Source of the DNA: an uncultured virus (IMG/VR IMGVR_UViG_3300037067_020175)
Lineage: Duplodnaviria > Heunggongvirae > Uroviricota > Caudoviricetes
IMG/VR virus record: IMGVR_UViG_3300037067_020175
Length of the DNA stretch: 64,000 bases
Reading direction: 5' to 3' (one strand)
Part shown: one piece after another, positions 10,106-21,025 of the stretch
Layout: every line of letters starts with the position of its first letter
Position numbering within the stretch: position 1 is the first letter of the stretch
Made by a program: the position numbers and the translations under genes
The notes under the pieces: model-generated
The model's database searches: none
Told to the model about the DNA's origin: nothing
What the model saw: the letters and a program-made list of their open reading frames with translations, nothing else

Positions 10106-10293
10106 AACCTCTTCGAATACTGTGTGAATTTGTCAGCTACAAGCCACCCGATACCAAGACCGAGAATCACCAATATTACCGATGATGTTCCACAAACAAT
10201 ATCTTCGGTCAAATCCACCTGCACCATATCGGGAACCATAGGGTCGTATGGTGGAGTGCAGATGGTTGTATCTCCTTTAGTTACGCAGCTCAT
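10102..10293 (-). CDS. Small membrane protein
   Basis: MSCVTKG... with C-terminal TM; ATGA coupling with neighbours. Confidence 0.55.
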   Translation of the reverse strand: MSCVTKGDTTICTPPYDPMVPDMVQVDLTEDIVCGTSSVILVILGLGIGWLVADKFTQYSKRF

Positions 10294-10463
10294 TGTCTCA
10301 CCCGTGATCGTATTCCTGAAGCAACATATTTGCTTCCGCGCGCAGCCCAGTTTCCAGAAATGACTCCTTCCTTGACCGCCCATTTATATGCCATAAAACC
10401 AACAACGCCGACAAGCGCTGATTTCCAGAGAACATCAATTGTCTCCCCACACGTAAACGCCAT
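10290..10463 (-). CDS. Small membrane protein
   Basis: MAFTCGE...ALVGVVGFMAYKW; first gene of a four-gene coupled operon. Confidence 0.5.
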   Translation of the reverse strand: MAFTCGETIDVLWKSALVGVVGFMAYKWAVKEGVISGNWAARGSKYVASGIRSRVRQ

Positions 10464-10660
10464 GTGAAGTCCTTTGTCGTTATCGTATTTAAACGTTGCT
10501 TGTACATTCCAAAAATACACTTTGGTTTCCCCCCAATGCAAGTGCTTTTATACTTGGAAATTCCATATGTAGTATCGAATTGTTGCGGCAGGTACGAACA
10601 CATCGGAAAGACCGATGTCCTGATTTATTCTGACAAATTCGAGGGAAAGTGCAAAGTGCT

Positions 10661-11899
10661 ATGAGCGACAAGGTTAAAGACATAGAGTTACCTGAGTTTA
10701 TTACTATGGTACTCGACAGCGACGAAACAGTCGCAAATCAGGTAAGGGAAGCGAACATTGATGCTGAGGCTATTATTGCCAAGCACAAGAAGAACATTGA
10801 CAAGTATGGTGTTTCTACCGGAACTGCATTCGCGGTTGCACGGTTGAAGGAAGCAATACTTGAAGCCAATTCTGAGTCCGTCAAAGGACTACTTGTCGGA
10901 TACCGTGACCGTTACGGGAGTAATGCCCCTGTAAGGATGCCGGTGCTGAGTTCTACCGGAGAACACACCGAAATTGTAAACTGGGGAACAACTGTAAAGA
11001 CCGGAGACTCTAAGGTAGAGATCCCATTCCCATGCATAGGATCACTTCGGGTTCTATATGACGGGGAATATAAGGGAGTTCCAAACATCCGGCTTATATC
11101 AGCAGAGAAGTTCGAGAACCTCAGCGCATCAGATGCGATCCTTCGTCTCGGAAAGATCGCGAAGTCTGCCGGTGAGATCGATGGATCTGACGAACTCCAC
11201 GTTGTCGTGGTGAAGGGAAAAATCTCTTACGTTGCGCCAGCAACAAAATGGAAGGGTAAGGAACGGGACGGAAACTGGCAGATCTGGTTACCAAACGCGC
11301 GCGACACACCTGTGATGCAGCCGGTCATGCAAATTTCTCTCGAAACTGAGGGTGGGAACATGATCCGGTCTATCTTCGAACGACAGCGGAATGGAACCCC
11401 AACCATAATGGTAGAGGACTTTATACCATTGTGTGAAGACGCTGTTAAGATGAGCACCGATCCCGTAGAACAGGCTCGGTTTTTCGGAGAAATCATTCGA
11501 GGACGTGAGGTAATCATTGTCGGGTTCGTTACGAAATATTCCCCACAACCTGAGATCAACTATATTGACCTCAATGCATATGCAATCTTCGATGCAAAGG
11601 TTGGAAAACAGACAACAATCGCAAAGAATGCGAAAGAAGAGTCTGTAGAAGACGAGACCGAGGAAGAGGCTCCTGCAAAAAAGGCATCCAAGCCAGCAGC
11701 AAAGCCATCAACGAAGAAACCGGCGGGTAAGGACGGTGCAGGTGCTGCTGACGCACTCAAGGACAAGATTCGTAAATATTGCGACGTTCTTGGAATAACT
11801 CCAAGTGATCTTACCCCTGAGAAGGTTATCGAGAATCTCGCGCAGGGTAAGAGTAAAGCATTCGTAGAATCGATTCTCGAAGAGCTCGTTGCAGAGTAG
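10661..11899 (+). CDS. Putative ssDNA-binding (OB-fold-like) replication protein
   Basis: Beta-rich core, acidic/Lys-Pro-Ala linker, position before SSAP-like and helicase genes; function inferred. Confidence 0.4.
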   Translation: MSDKVKDIELPEFITMVLDSDETVANQVREANIDAEAIIAKHKKNIDKYGVSTGTAFAVARLKEAILEANSESVKGLLVGYRDRYGSNAPVRMPVLSSTGEHTEIVNWGTTVKTGDSKVEIPFPCIGSLRVLYDGEYKGVPNIRLISAEKFENLSASDAILRLGKIAKSAGEIDGSDELHVVVVKGKISYVAPATKWKGKERDGNWQIWLPNARDTPVMQPVMQISLETEGGNMIRSIFERQRNGTPTIMVEDFIPLCEDAVKMSTDPVEQARFFGEIIRGREVIIVGFVTKYSPQPEINYIDLNAYAIFDAKVGKQTTIAKNAKEESVEDETEEEAPAKKASKPAAKPSTKKPAGKDGAGAADALKDKIRKYCDVLGITPSDLTPEKVIENLAQGKSKAFVESILEELVAE

Positions 11900-12591
11900 T
11901 GTTGGTGTTCCGGATGCCAGTGAGATCTTCCAAGAACAACGGTCTGGAAGCAATTCCAACAATACCAATATTTTTCGATAAAACGCGCCTGAAATCTGGT
12001 GGCGAATTCGATAAATATATCTACGAGATTGTATTTAAGAAGTCTGGCAAGTCTGCGCGCGGGATGGCTGTTGGTGGATACATTCACGCCATGCGACCAT
12101 ACCTAAAATCTATAAAATCGGAGATTCTCCACTACGGTCTTGTTAGTGAGAAGCGTCCGATATTATCGTGTGTTGTAAAATGCACGGTGACCATCAGCTA
12201 CAAACTTGACGAAGATGGAGATCCGATTAATATCACATTCGAAGGTATCGGTGATGGGGATGTGCAGGATGTCCCAACATCAGGAAGTCTTGTGAGAACT
12301 GTAGAAACGCGCGCGCTTAATCGCGCGCTGGAGCGCGCTTCTGGAATTTCCAAGTCAGATCTCAATAACAAGTTCGTCGGAGAAGATGAATATGGGTCTG
12401 CTGCAACAATGGAAATCGACGATGAGCCTCGCCGCAGGAAATCACCGCAAGAGTTAAAGGCTGAAAGAGAGAAGAAATATACGGACGATGGTGACGAATT
12501 AGATGATAATCAAACCCTTGATGACGGAAACGTTTCAGACATTAAGGGAGAGACCGCATCGGATTCGGAAGAAAAAGAAATCGACTGGTAA
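11899..12591 (+). CDS. Rad52/Rad22-like ssDNA annealing protein (putative)
   Basis: FEGIGDG...RTVETRALNRALERASGI plus acidic C-terminal tail ending in W. Confidence 0.45.
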   Translation: MLVFRMPVRSSKNNGLEAIPTIPIFFDKTRLKSGGEFDKYIYEIVFKKSGKSARGMAVGGYIHAMRPYLKSIKSEILHYGLVSEKRPILSCVVKCTVTISYKLDEDGDPINITFEGIGDGDVQDVPTSGSLVRTVETRALNRALERASGISKSDLNNKFVGEDEYGSAATMEIDDEPRRRKSPQELKAEREKKYTDDGDELDDNQTLDDGNVSDIKGETASDSEEKEIDW

Positions 12592-12637
12592 TGGGAAAAA
12601 ATCCCATCACCGTTTCTTCAAGATTGGTGTAAAAAGA

Positions 12638-14029
12638 ATGTCTGTATCTTTAAATCGGTGGTCAGCTCACCCATATTATTTCATAAACGGGGAACTTGAT
12701 TATCGTGTTATAAAAGCACTTACGAGCGAAATGTCGTATTTCGTTCAGGGAGCAGAGCGGTCAAATAAGTTCAAGGAAGGAAGATGGGATGGAAAAGAAT
12801 GTCTTCTTTATAAATCAAAGAAGGGTGTTTACTACTTCCCCGTAGGAATGATGGATTGTGCTAAGCGTGTATTCTCTGACTTCGAAGTGGAGTATTTCAT
12901 ACAGGATATTAAACTTGAGAACGTTCAGAAAAAATACAAACCGCTTGATCTGACGTGGACTGGTCACGAACTTTACGATTACCAGAAAAGATCTGTAATG
13001 GAAATTAAGGCAAATGAAGGCGGAACGATATGTCTTCCGACTGGTGCTGGAAAGACCCTCACCATGATACGGATCATCTATGAATACAATCTTCCGTGCC
13101 TTATCGTAGTCCACACGAAGGAGCTTCTATACCAATGGGAGAAAAACATAAAGGCGTATCTGAATGGTCGTTGTCCCGGTCTCGTTGGTGATGGTTATTC
13201 AAATTTCGATCCTATAACCATTGGCATGATGCAAACGCTTTCACAAAAGATTGTTAAAGACCACGTTACACTCGATTACCCGATTATACTGTTCGACGAA
13301 GTTCACAGATGTCCGGCTGATACGGCTTACATGGTATCAATGGCGTGCAATGCTCCCGTCCGTATAGGTGCATCAGCTACACCAACAAGGACAGACGGGT
13401 GTGAAAAGAAGATATGGGCAGCATTTGGTGAAATAAAATCGCGCATTACCGCAGGGGAGCTCATAGAACGAGGGCTGCTCGCAAAACCCGAATTTGTATT
13501 TGTAACTCCACCGAGTATCTATATTGGAAGAAAATCCCACTGGTCTGATGCATACTTGCAGGGAATTGTTATCAACGAGGGGAGAAACGATTTGATTGTA
13601 AAGAAAGCAATCGAGTATGCAAAGCAGAAGAATACCGTATACATTCACGTCGAGCGCATAGACCACGGGGAGATTCTTGCGGGTAGAATACCCGGATCTG
13701 TGTTCCTGAGCGGAAAAGACAGTACCACGAAAAGACAAGGTATCTTAAAGAAATATGCTAAAGGGGATATTCTCGTTCTTATATCAACTCTTCTTAAAGA
13801 AGGCGCAGATATACCGGGAATTAACGTATTCATAGCCGCAGGTGGAATGAAATCACCAATAGGCGTGATTCAGAAAGCTGGTCGAGCACTGCGCATTGCG
13901 CCGGGAAAAGACAGTGCCATAATCGTAGATTTCCGTGATAGTGGGCGATATCTTGCAGACCATTGGGTTGATCGATTTAATGCATATTGTGAAACATTTG
14001 GCGATTATGTTCCACATCCGGAAGGATAA
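12638..14029 (+). CDS. SF2 DEAD/DEAH helicase (UvsW/XPB-like)
   Basis: LPTGAGKT, DEVH, SATP, EGADIP, QKAGRALR. Confidence 0.9.
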   Translation: MSVSLNRWSAHPYYFINGELDYRVIKALTSEMSYFVQGAERSNKFKEGRWDGKECLLYKSKKGVYYFPVGMMDCAKRVFSDFEVEYFIQDIKLENVQKKYKPLDLTWTGHELYDYQKRSVMEIKANEGGTICLPTGAGKTLTMIRIIYEYNLPCLIVVHTKELLYQWEKNIKAYLNGRCPGLVGDGYSNFDPITIGMMQTLSQKIVKDHVTLDYPIILFDEVHRCPADTAYMVSMACNAPVRIGASATPTRTDGCEKKIWAAFGEIKSRITAGELIERGLLAKPEFVFVTPPSIYIGRKSHWSDAYLQGIVINEGRNDLIVKKAIEYAKQKNTVYIHVERIDHGEILAGRIPGSVFLSGKDSTTKRQGILKKYAKGDILVLISTLLKEGADIPGINVFIAAGGMKSPIGVIQKAGRALRIAPGKDSAIIVDFRDSGRYLADHWVDRFNAYCETFGDYVPHPEG

Positions 14030-14073
14030 CAAAACAAACCTTTTTATAGCGCGACGGCTAGCTACATTATACG

Positions 14074-14406
14074 ATGAATTCTGTTGGTTCAAGTAGTGGA
14101 GACGATAAGACCGACTGCCCAAAATGTACTCAGTTTATAGAACGTGTCGAGATGATGGCGTTCCGAGTGGACGCTATCCGATATCAGATGCAGGAAATAT
14201 CAAAGTTTCTCGCAGAGAACGAATGGGTATTTATAGAGAATGCGGAGAAGCTTCGACAAATAAAGAATTTTGATCGCGACGTAGACCAGAAGTCATTTGA
14301 AATGACAAACAGTCAGATAATACGATTCAATAGATACATTGATAAAGTAAAAAGAGCTTTAACAAGTATAGACGCTGAAGGGGAGAATTTCTCGCGCGGT
14401 GGGTAA
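14074..14406 (+). CDS. Hypothetical protein
   Basis: 110-aa ORF in operon context. Confidence 0.55.
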   Translation: MNSVGSSSGDDKTDCPKCTQFIERVEMMAFRVDAIRYQMQEISKFLAENEWVFIENAEKLRQIKNFDRDVDQKSFEMTNSQIIRFNRYIDKVKRALTSIDAEGENFSRGG

Positions 14407-14412
14407 TACATA

Positions 14413-16260
14413 ATGACATTGATGCAATGTAGTGGAACGATGGCATATGGCGAACTGTGTATTTGCGGTTCGTTTACAACAATCGATATAAAATTCCCCG
14501 ATGCTTTGGGTAGAACGGAACCAATACACTTTTATGTGAAATCTCATCCCGGAACGTCAGGATTCAGTAACAAACCGGGTGGAGAGTGCCAACAGATAAA
14601 TGACACTGATTGGGCATATGTTGGGATTTACGCTACAACCGCATCGACACATACATTCAGAACGTGCTTATCGGCTGGAAAATATTTTGTAAAATTCGAA
14701 ACCGATCACTTTTGGCTGGATGATGGCACCGAATTTAATATCTTTGATAATATCGAAGATAGACGGCTAAATCGATGCCCGTATTATCCCGGAAGTTTAA
14801 CATTGATACCAAAAACAAATGCGGCTGGAGAATACGGGTTTGATATTTTGCACGGGCTTGTGATTTGTAAAACAATCAACCCATCTACAATATCTCCATG
14901 TAAAGTAACAATAGACGGGACTGTGATAGGATATATAACATCCGATTCTGGAATTAGTATTCCACTCACACAGGGAAACCACACCGTGAAATACGAGAGA
15001 TATGGATATGATACGTATGAGGGAATGATATCTGTTTTACACGGAGATGTTTTTTCGGTGGAGCCATATATATATAATATTCCGATGACCAAGAACCCAC
15101 CCAACGCATGTGGTCAGTATGATGATAATCCGGATATTCAGTATCAAACGGATGCCAAGATGATATTCCGGTGTACCCCAACGGGAGGGACGCTTAGTTC
15201 ATATGGTCTTACGTCTGATAAAATAGTTCCCGAAGGTGGATTGGAAATCTGCATGCCATCAGGGTTCACGTGGCTGGTTTCTTACTCGAAACCGGGATAC
15301 GCTACGAAAGATATAAATGTAACTATAACAGAAGAGATGTGTGAAACTATGACAACATACCCGGTGGATGTGGATCTTGGTATAGAACTTCCAATACCTT
15401 CTTTCACTATAGAGAATGCTTACAATATCCACCCCGGAGATAATGTAAGTTTGGTCGATACTAGTACCGGTGTGATAGATTCGTGGGTTTGGGAAATATA
15501 TCAAAGTTCAAATCCAACGAACGCATCTGTATATTATTCCCCAAATGTACAATTTATAGCGCCTCCAACTGGGATTTATACGGTAAAATTGACGGTTTAT
15601 AATATATCCGGATCCGCTACAAAACAACGGGGGCTTGAGATAAAACGACCACTCGTTGTATCGGATTTCAAGGCTGTACCGACAGAAGGGTGTGCCCCGT
15701 TTACCACACAGTTCACATCACTCCAAAGTGGGACTGCGAATCACGCTTGGTCGTTTGGTGATGGTACATTTTCCGGTGATAATGAAACCATGCACCCAGT
15801 ACATACATATACAGAATCGGGTATATATACCGTATCGCTGTCGTGTATAGGTCAGGAATCGTCGGATACCGAGACAAAGCCGGGATATATAACGGTATAC
15901 GATCCCATAATGCCACCGATTGCTTCATTCGAACCATCGACAGAACGGGGAATTGCTCCGCTTACAGTAAAATTTAACAATTTACACCCAGATCCGATAT
16001 CCTGCGGGATAACCCACTATCTGTGGAGATATAATAATGGTGATGGGTGGAAAGTATTCGATGAGAGCACAAGCCCAACACGCGTGTTCGAAACTCCCGG
16101 AACGTATGATATATCGCTAACGGTTCAAAATGATGCCGGTATGGATATGCAGGTGCAAATGGGGTGTATCACCGTTACCGAGGGATCGGAATCCAGTGGG
16201 TGGTTATATGTTCTCGGAACAGTCGGGCTGGGAATACTTACTCTTTTTGGTAGTGGTTAA
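14413..16260 (+). CDS. PEGA + three PKD domain protein with C-terminal TM anchor
   Basis: GNHTVKYERYGY (PEGA); WSFGDG, GIYTVSL, PGTYDISLTV (PKD); terminal WLYVLGTVGLGIL. Confidence 0.85.
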   Translation: MTLMQCSGTMAYGELCICGSFTTIDIKFPDALGRTEPIHFYVKSHPGTSGFSNKPGGECQQINDTDWAYVGIYATTASTHTFRTCLSAGKYFVKFETDHFWLDDGTEFNIFDNIEDRRLNRCPYYPGSLTLIPKTNAAGEYGFDILHGLVICKTINPSTISPCKVTIDGTVIGYITSDSGISIPLTQGNHTVKYERYGYDTYEGMISVLHGDVFSVEPYIYNIPMTKNPPNACGQYDDNPDIQYQTDAKMIFRCTPTGGTLSSYGLTSDKIVPEGGLEICMPSGFTWLVSYSKPGYATKDINVTITEEMCETMTTYPVDVDLGIELPIPSFTIENAYNIHPGDNVSLVDTSTGVIDSWVWEIYQSSNPTNASVYYSPNVQFIAPPTGIYTVKLTVYNISGSATKQRGLEIKRPLVVSDFKAVPTEGCAPFTTQFTSLQSGTANHAWSFGDGTFSGDNETMHPVHTYTESGIYTVSLSCIGQESSDTETKPGYITVYDPIMPPIASFEPSTERGIAPLTVKFNNLHPDPISCGITHYLWRYNNGDGWKVFDESTSPTRVFETPGTYDISLTVQNDAGMDMQVQMGCITVTEGSESSGWLYVLGTVGLGILTLFGSG

Positions 16261-16315
16261 CCACTACTTTTAAATACCATAGTGTCATTGTATCATACAT
16301 TGAGATGATATAGAG

Positions 16316-17923
16316 ATGGCTATACCCCAGACGTGTTTAGAATTCGGAATTTCGGAAGGTCAAACCCTTTGCGATTCGAATTGTAATAAATTCAAATGTC
16401 AAAATGGCATACTCGTATACGTAGGAAGATGTGGTGTAGCCGAACAACAAACGTGTAATAGCTTGGGCGCAAATTGTCCATCTGGTTCTCCGAATGGGTT
16501 TCAATGCTGCGACGGATCGGAGCTGATGCAATGTGTTGTCCCAACATCCGGATGTAATTCCCCATATTGGACTGGGGTTGGTTCATGTAGTGCTCCAACG
16601 TCTTGCCCACCGAATGACGGGTGCCCCACAACTGGAGATGGGTATGACTGTTGTGGACTAAGCTATCACCAGTGGCATTGCAATAGTGGAAGTTGGCAGG
16701 ATCTCGGAAAAACAACGCTGTGCAATCCAATAACTGACAATTTGTGCCACGATTTGACACGGGCTCAGGTTTTATTCGAGAGCAGCCCCGGAGGGGTTAC
16801 GGTATCAATAACGGGTGTAGAAACTGCAACTGTTACAACGAGTGCCGGAACATATGGGGAAGTGTATAAATGTCTGAAAGCCGGTTCTTATACGCTGACA
16901 TTTTCGAAGTCTGGGTATGAAACGATGGTGAAATCGTTTTACATAAGCAATCAGGATATATATTCTACATACCCCACGGAAGCTTACGCGTCGTTGGTTC
17001 CAACAAGTACTAAATGTCCGGCGTATCTAACGTGCCCAGAATCGGATTTCTACACAAATTGCTGCGATTATGGAGATGTTTATCAATGCAACCCCGACAA
17101 AACGTGGCATTACCAAGCATCGGGCGGGTGTGGGTGCGCGGTTGGGAACAATCTTTGCCCATCCGGAAGCACGTGCAACCAGTCTAACGGCACGTGCGTT
17201 CCGAATACACAAACATGCCCGGTGTGCCCATCTGGTCAACATTGTAGTAATGCTGCTACAAACTACCAATGCGTTCCAAATGCCGTAACTCCATGCAATC
17301 CAGCCGGAGCATTTAGATGCTTAAACGGTGTATCACAGCGATGTGATGGAAGCGCGGGGTGGGTTCCCGTACAGACTTGCACGGGAACGTGCGACACATC
17401 GACTGGTAAGTGTTCAACATTACCCGGATGTACCCCAGCCGGAGGATTTAGATGTACCGGGAATATATCAGAAATGTGTAATGGGACAACGTGGGTTCTG
17501 TCAGAATCGTGTGCGGGAACATGCAACACAGCTACAGGAAAGTGTTCGTCTGTTCTATCGTGTCCATCATCGTGTCCATCTGGTCAGCACTGTAGTGGTG
17601 CATTGACAAATTACGTGTGCGTCGATAATACAACGACAACATCATCGGTGTGTACCAATGGAACTACCCGATGCAATCCAACTAATGCAAATCAGGCACA
17701 GGTGTGCATTGGAGGGGCTTGGTCAACAACATCGTGCCAGAATGGGTGCAATGTTACTACACATGCGTGTAATCCGAGTGGGACTTCTGGTAATATATCA
17801 ACTTGCTCTGGAATGAATCGAAACGGAGTGTTCGATATTTCCTGTATAATGGAAGACCAGAATAAGACACTGCTGTACGGAGCGATAGGTATTGCGGCTG
17901 TAGTTTTATTAATGCGGAGGTAA
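16316..17923 (+). CDS. Cys-rich repeat protein with PEGA-like domain and C-terminal TM anchor
   Basis: Repeated CPSGQHCS and GTTRC modules; LLYGAIGIAAVVLLMRR tail; no signal peptide. Confidence 0.8.
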   Translation: MAIPQTCLEFGISEGQTLCDSNCNKFKCQNGILVYVGRCGVAEQQTCNSLGANCPSGSPNGFQCCDGSELMQCVVPTSGCNSPYWTGVGSCSAPTSCPPNDGCPTTGDGYDCCGLSYHQWHCNSGSWQDLGKTTLCNPITDNLCHDLTRAQVLFESSPGGVTVSITGVETATVTTSAGTYGEVYKCLKAGSYTLTFSKSGYETMVKSFYISNQDIYSTYPTEAYASLVPTSTKCPAYLTCPESDFYTNCCDYGDVYQCNPDKTWHYQASGGCGCAVGNNLCPSGSTCNQSNGTCVPNTQTCPVCPSGQHCSNAATNYQCVPNAVTPCNPAGAFRCLNGVSQRCDGSAGWVPVQTCTGTCDTSTGKCSTLPGCTPAGGFRCTGNISEMCNGTTWVLSESCAGTCNTATGKCSSVLSCPSSCPSGQHCSGALTNYVCVDNTTTTSSVCTNGTTRCNPTNANQAQVCIGGAWSTTSCQNGCNVTTHACNPSGTSGNISTCSGMNRNGVFDISCIMEDQNKTLLYGAIGIAAVVLLMRR

Positions 17924-17925
17924 TA

Positions 17926-19209
17926 ATGACGAATTACTACGAACCCGGATGGTCTTGGAGAAATGACACTACACTATTTTGGATAATGCCAACAGGACAG
18001 ACGTGTCCACTTACTCCCCAGACATATCCACTTGGGAATGTTGTGTATAATGGGATTACCGTTTGTAGAAATGCAAAACTTGGGATATCTGGTGGAATTG
18101 TATTGGGGGTAGCTAATGTCTCTAAGGTTGAGATATGGATAAAGAAGAACGGCGCGAATGTACACAAGATTGTCAGTGCAGACGAAGCATATATCCTCGG
18201 ATATCAATCATACTTCAGTACATCACCATCTTCTACATCTGCTTACCAGTTCACATCTGACGGAACGTATTCCATATCTGTCCTGTATTGGATTGGTGAT
18301 AGCCCATCTCCGGGTCTTGGACTCGAAAACGATTTCGATGTGAGTTTCAACGAAGGAGATCCTGTTGTAACAGTTCAGAATTCGTTGAGTTATTTCCGGG
18401 GATATATAGACTATACCAACAGGATACAGAATGATTGTATTATAGGAGAAAATGGATTTTCCGGTGCATCGAATTGCAGGTTTGTGAAGAATACTCAGGT
18501 TGTAGCAAATATTGACGTATACATTCAAGGTGGAAATTCTCTTGGTCAGGAATACAGATCATACGTCGAGGCTTATAATGCTGGGTGGGGTAGGATATCT
18601 GAAATAAAGTCTGCCGGTGTTCTTACCCCCGGAACAAGCTGGGTTATATCAGTACCGTTCACAATAACCGATTCTGGAATTACCGGTAGGCAATACAGAA
18701 TAGTCCTATCATATCTCGGATACGACGGAGTATCCCGATATATTATGACTGATAGTTCCGTTCTTGTATCTGTTGACGAATCGTCTCCTATACAATGCCC
18801 TACAGAGTGTCAGAACGGTCAACATTGCAGCGGTGCGTCCACAAATTACCAATGTGTCGCAAATACTTCATGTCCCGTCCCTTGCCCCGCCAATACCCAT
18901 TGTAGCGGGTCTCTGACGAACTATGCGTGTGTTGATAATTCTACAACATGCACGAATGGAACCACTCGGTGCAAACCCGGAAACGCCAATATCTCTCAGT
19001 ACTGCTCAGCAGGAACTTGGGTTGACAGGTCGTGTGACAACGGATGCAATCCGGTTACAACGGTGTGCGAAACGAATACAACATCGCAATGTGATGGAAT
19101 GAATCGGGATGGTGAATTTGATATTTCGTGCATACTCGAAGACCAGAACAAGTCCCTTCTTTATGTGGGGATCGCTGCGATTGCGGCACTGGTGTTACTT
19201 AAACGGTAA
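17926..19209 (+). CDS. Ig-like + Cys-rich protein with C-terminal TM anchor (paralogue of upstream gene)
   Basis: Shares GQHCS.A.TNY.CV and GMNR.G.FDISCI.EDQNK.LLY with 16316-17923. Confidence 0.8.
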   Translation: MTNYYEPGWSWRNDTTLFWIMPTGQTCPLTPQTYPLGNVVYNGITVCRNAKLGISGGIVLGVANVSKVEIWIKKNGANVHKIVSADEAYILGYQSYFSTSPSSTSAYQFTSDGTYSISVLYWIGDSPSPGLGLENDFDVSFNEGDPVVTVQNSLSYFRGYIDYTNRIQNDCIIGENGFSGASNCRFVKNTQVVANIDVYIQGGNSLGQEYRSYVEAYNAGWGRISEIKSAGVLTPGTSWVISVPFTITDSGITGRQYRIVLSYLGYDGVSRYIMTDSSVLVSVDESSPIQCPTECQNGQHCSGASTNYQCVANTSCPVPCPANTHCSGSLTNYACVDNSTTCTNGTTRCKPGNANISQYCSAGTWVDRSCDNGCNPVTTVCETNTTSQCDGMNRDGEFDISCILEDQNKSLLYVGIAAIAALVLLKR

Positions 19210-19246
19210 CACAAACTATTTTGTTTAAAAAAAAGTTTTTTTGGGT

Positions 19247-19537
19247 TTAGTACCCGAATGAAATGATCGTGAAGATATCACCATTTGCGGATGCAGCCGG
19301 AGTTCCTTCAACCGTGTTGAGCAGTGTAGTTCCAGCAGCCCACTTCATGATACCACCAGCGGTAACTTCTCTCGTAGCTGCAATGAATCTCACAACTCTT
19401 TGAAGTGGCTTGATGTATACTGGTGTTGCAGTGGTTGCTCCAACACTTGTTACGGTAACTACCGTTTCCACAACTTTCATTCCATTTGTCAAAGTTCCGA
19501 TAACTTTATCGGTCTGGGTAAATGTAAATGCTGCCAT
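19247..19537 (-). CDS. Small beta-rich virion protein, paralogue 3
   Basis: IGTLTNGMKVV...PLQRV. Confidence 0.7.
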   Translation of the reverse strand: MAAFTFTQTDKVIGTLTNGMKVVETVVTVTSVGATTATPVYIKPLQRVVRFIAATREVTAGGIMKWAAGTTLLNTVEGTPAASANGDIFTIISFGY

Positions 19538-19542
19538 TTAAA

Positions 19543-19827
19543 TCACACTCCCACCGAGAAGATATGCAGAACGTCGTTCGTAGCATCCGCTACCGGAGTT
19601 ACTACGATTTTGTTCAGAACTGTTGTACTTCCAACAACTTCGAACGTGTCTGTTGCCGGAAGAGCTAGTCCGACGGTAAACGCAATCACTCTCTGGAGAG
19701 GCAATATCGTTATCGTTGTTGCATCTGTCCCGTTATTCGTAATTGTCAAGATCGTGTGAACGATCTTATTACCATTCGTGAGCTTTCCAAGAACGACATC
19801 GCTTTGTGTATAAGTGAATACTGCCAT
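19543..19827 (-). CDS. Small beta-rich virion protein, paralogue 2
   Basis: LGKLTNGNKIV...PLQRV. Confidence 0.7.
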   Translation of the reverse strand: MAVFTYTQSDVVLGKLTNGNKIVHTILTITNNGTDATTITILPLQRVIAFTVGLALPATDTFEVVGSTTVLNKIVVTPVADATNDVLHIFSVGV

Positions 19828-19832
19828 TTAAA

Positions 19833-20108
19833 TCACAGCCCCATCGACAATATACCGATAACTCCACCGGACATATCACCGGCAGGTGTAATCGTAATCG
19901 AATTTGATTGTGTGGCACTCTGCTCAAAGATTGCCGTAGTTGGGACAGTGCCCGGATCTTTTATACCACCAAAAAACGTGATTACGGTTTCCAATGGTGA
20001 TATAACTACTGCTGTTGCTACCGCGCTGTCTGGTACTACTTGCGTATATACCAGTTTTACACCGTTCTCAAGTTCTCCGAGAAGGGTGTGTGCCGAAGTC
20101 CATGCCAT
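19833..20108 (-). CDS. Small beta-rich virion protein, paralogue 1
   Basis: LGELENGVKLV...PLETV. Confidence 0.7.
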   Translation of the reverse strand: MAWTSAHTLLGELENGVKLVYTQVVPDSAVATAVVISPLETVITFFGGIKDPGTVPTTAIFEQSATQSNSITITPAGDMSGGVIGILSMGL

Positions 20109-20150
20109 TTTTATTCCTCCAAAAATTGTAGTGTAACTGGATTGACCAGA

Positions 20151-20960
20151 TTACATTACGTGGGTTGCTGCCATTGCAGCCGGGTTGAAGTCTGTCTCGT
20201 AGAAGCACATACCGAGTAACGGCATGTATGCAGTTCCAGTGTACAGTGGGTGGATCTGGATGTTCACACCGGTCTGGTGAGAGATCGGGATGATACCGGG
20301 TGTAGTGTACTGGAAGATTGAGCGTCCTTCCTCGATTGACTGGTTCAGGAGAGGCTGCATCTGGATAGGCGTATACTTGTCCATAAGTTCAGACTTGAAG
20401 TGGATCTGATCGATCTTCGGGGTTGTTCCGATTTCGATGATACCATCTTGGAACAGGACTACGTATGAGTGCTTGCTTGTGGTTGCACATCCTTTGTAGT
20501 ACGTGGATGACGAGTTACCGCAGATGTACTTTGATGTCCCTGCCACGAGTGGCATGTCCCATGTACGGTTCTGGGTTGTACCGATAGATCCGTCGATACC
20601 GACGTACTGGGTGATACCAACAGCAGTTGCGTCACCGTATCCGAACAGTGCTGGAGACAGGAAATCGACTGCGAGACCGCCGGACTGTCCGGGGTAGGAG
20701 TAGTTCTTGTTCTCAGGGAATGTTCCCTTTGCAATCTGTGCGAATTTGACCATTGCTTCCCGCTGTGGGCGGATGCTTGCTGCGAGCTTTGGTGATACAT
20801 TTTCAATTTTCTTTACATTCTGGTCGAAGCAGTAATATACTGCATCGCGCTCGTCTGATGCCATGTCAGCAATATCAACGAGGTCTCTTCCACCAGTGAA
20901 CACGCGGATGCCCTGTTGAGCTTCCGACGCGAACAAGTCTGGAATGCGTGCTTGTGCCAT
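20151..20960 (-). CDS. Candidate major capsid protein (helical N-terminus, beta-rich C-terminus)
   Basis: Strong GGAG RBS, C-ending codon bias (TAC/TTC/ATC/AAC) suggesting high expression, heads the paralogue operon; fold inferred. Confidence 0.45.
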   Translation of the reverse strand: MAQARIPDLFASEAQQGIRVFTGGRDLVDIADMASDERDAVYYCFDQNVKKIENVSPKLAASIRPQREAMVKFAQIAKGTFPENKNYSYPGQSGGLAVDFLSPALFGYGDATAVGITQYVGIDGSIGTTQNRTWDMPLVAGTSKYICGNSSSTYYKGCATTSKHSYVVLFQDGIIEIGTTPKIDQIHFKSELMDKYTPIQMQPLLNQSIEEGRSIFQYTTPGIIPISHQTGVNIQIHPLYTGTAYMPLLGMCFYETDFNPAAMAATHVM

Positions 20961-21025
20961 TTTCTATTCTCCAATGGACATCAATTGTCCGAAAGGTATA
21001 TCAGCTTTCGGGTATTATAAGTATT

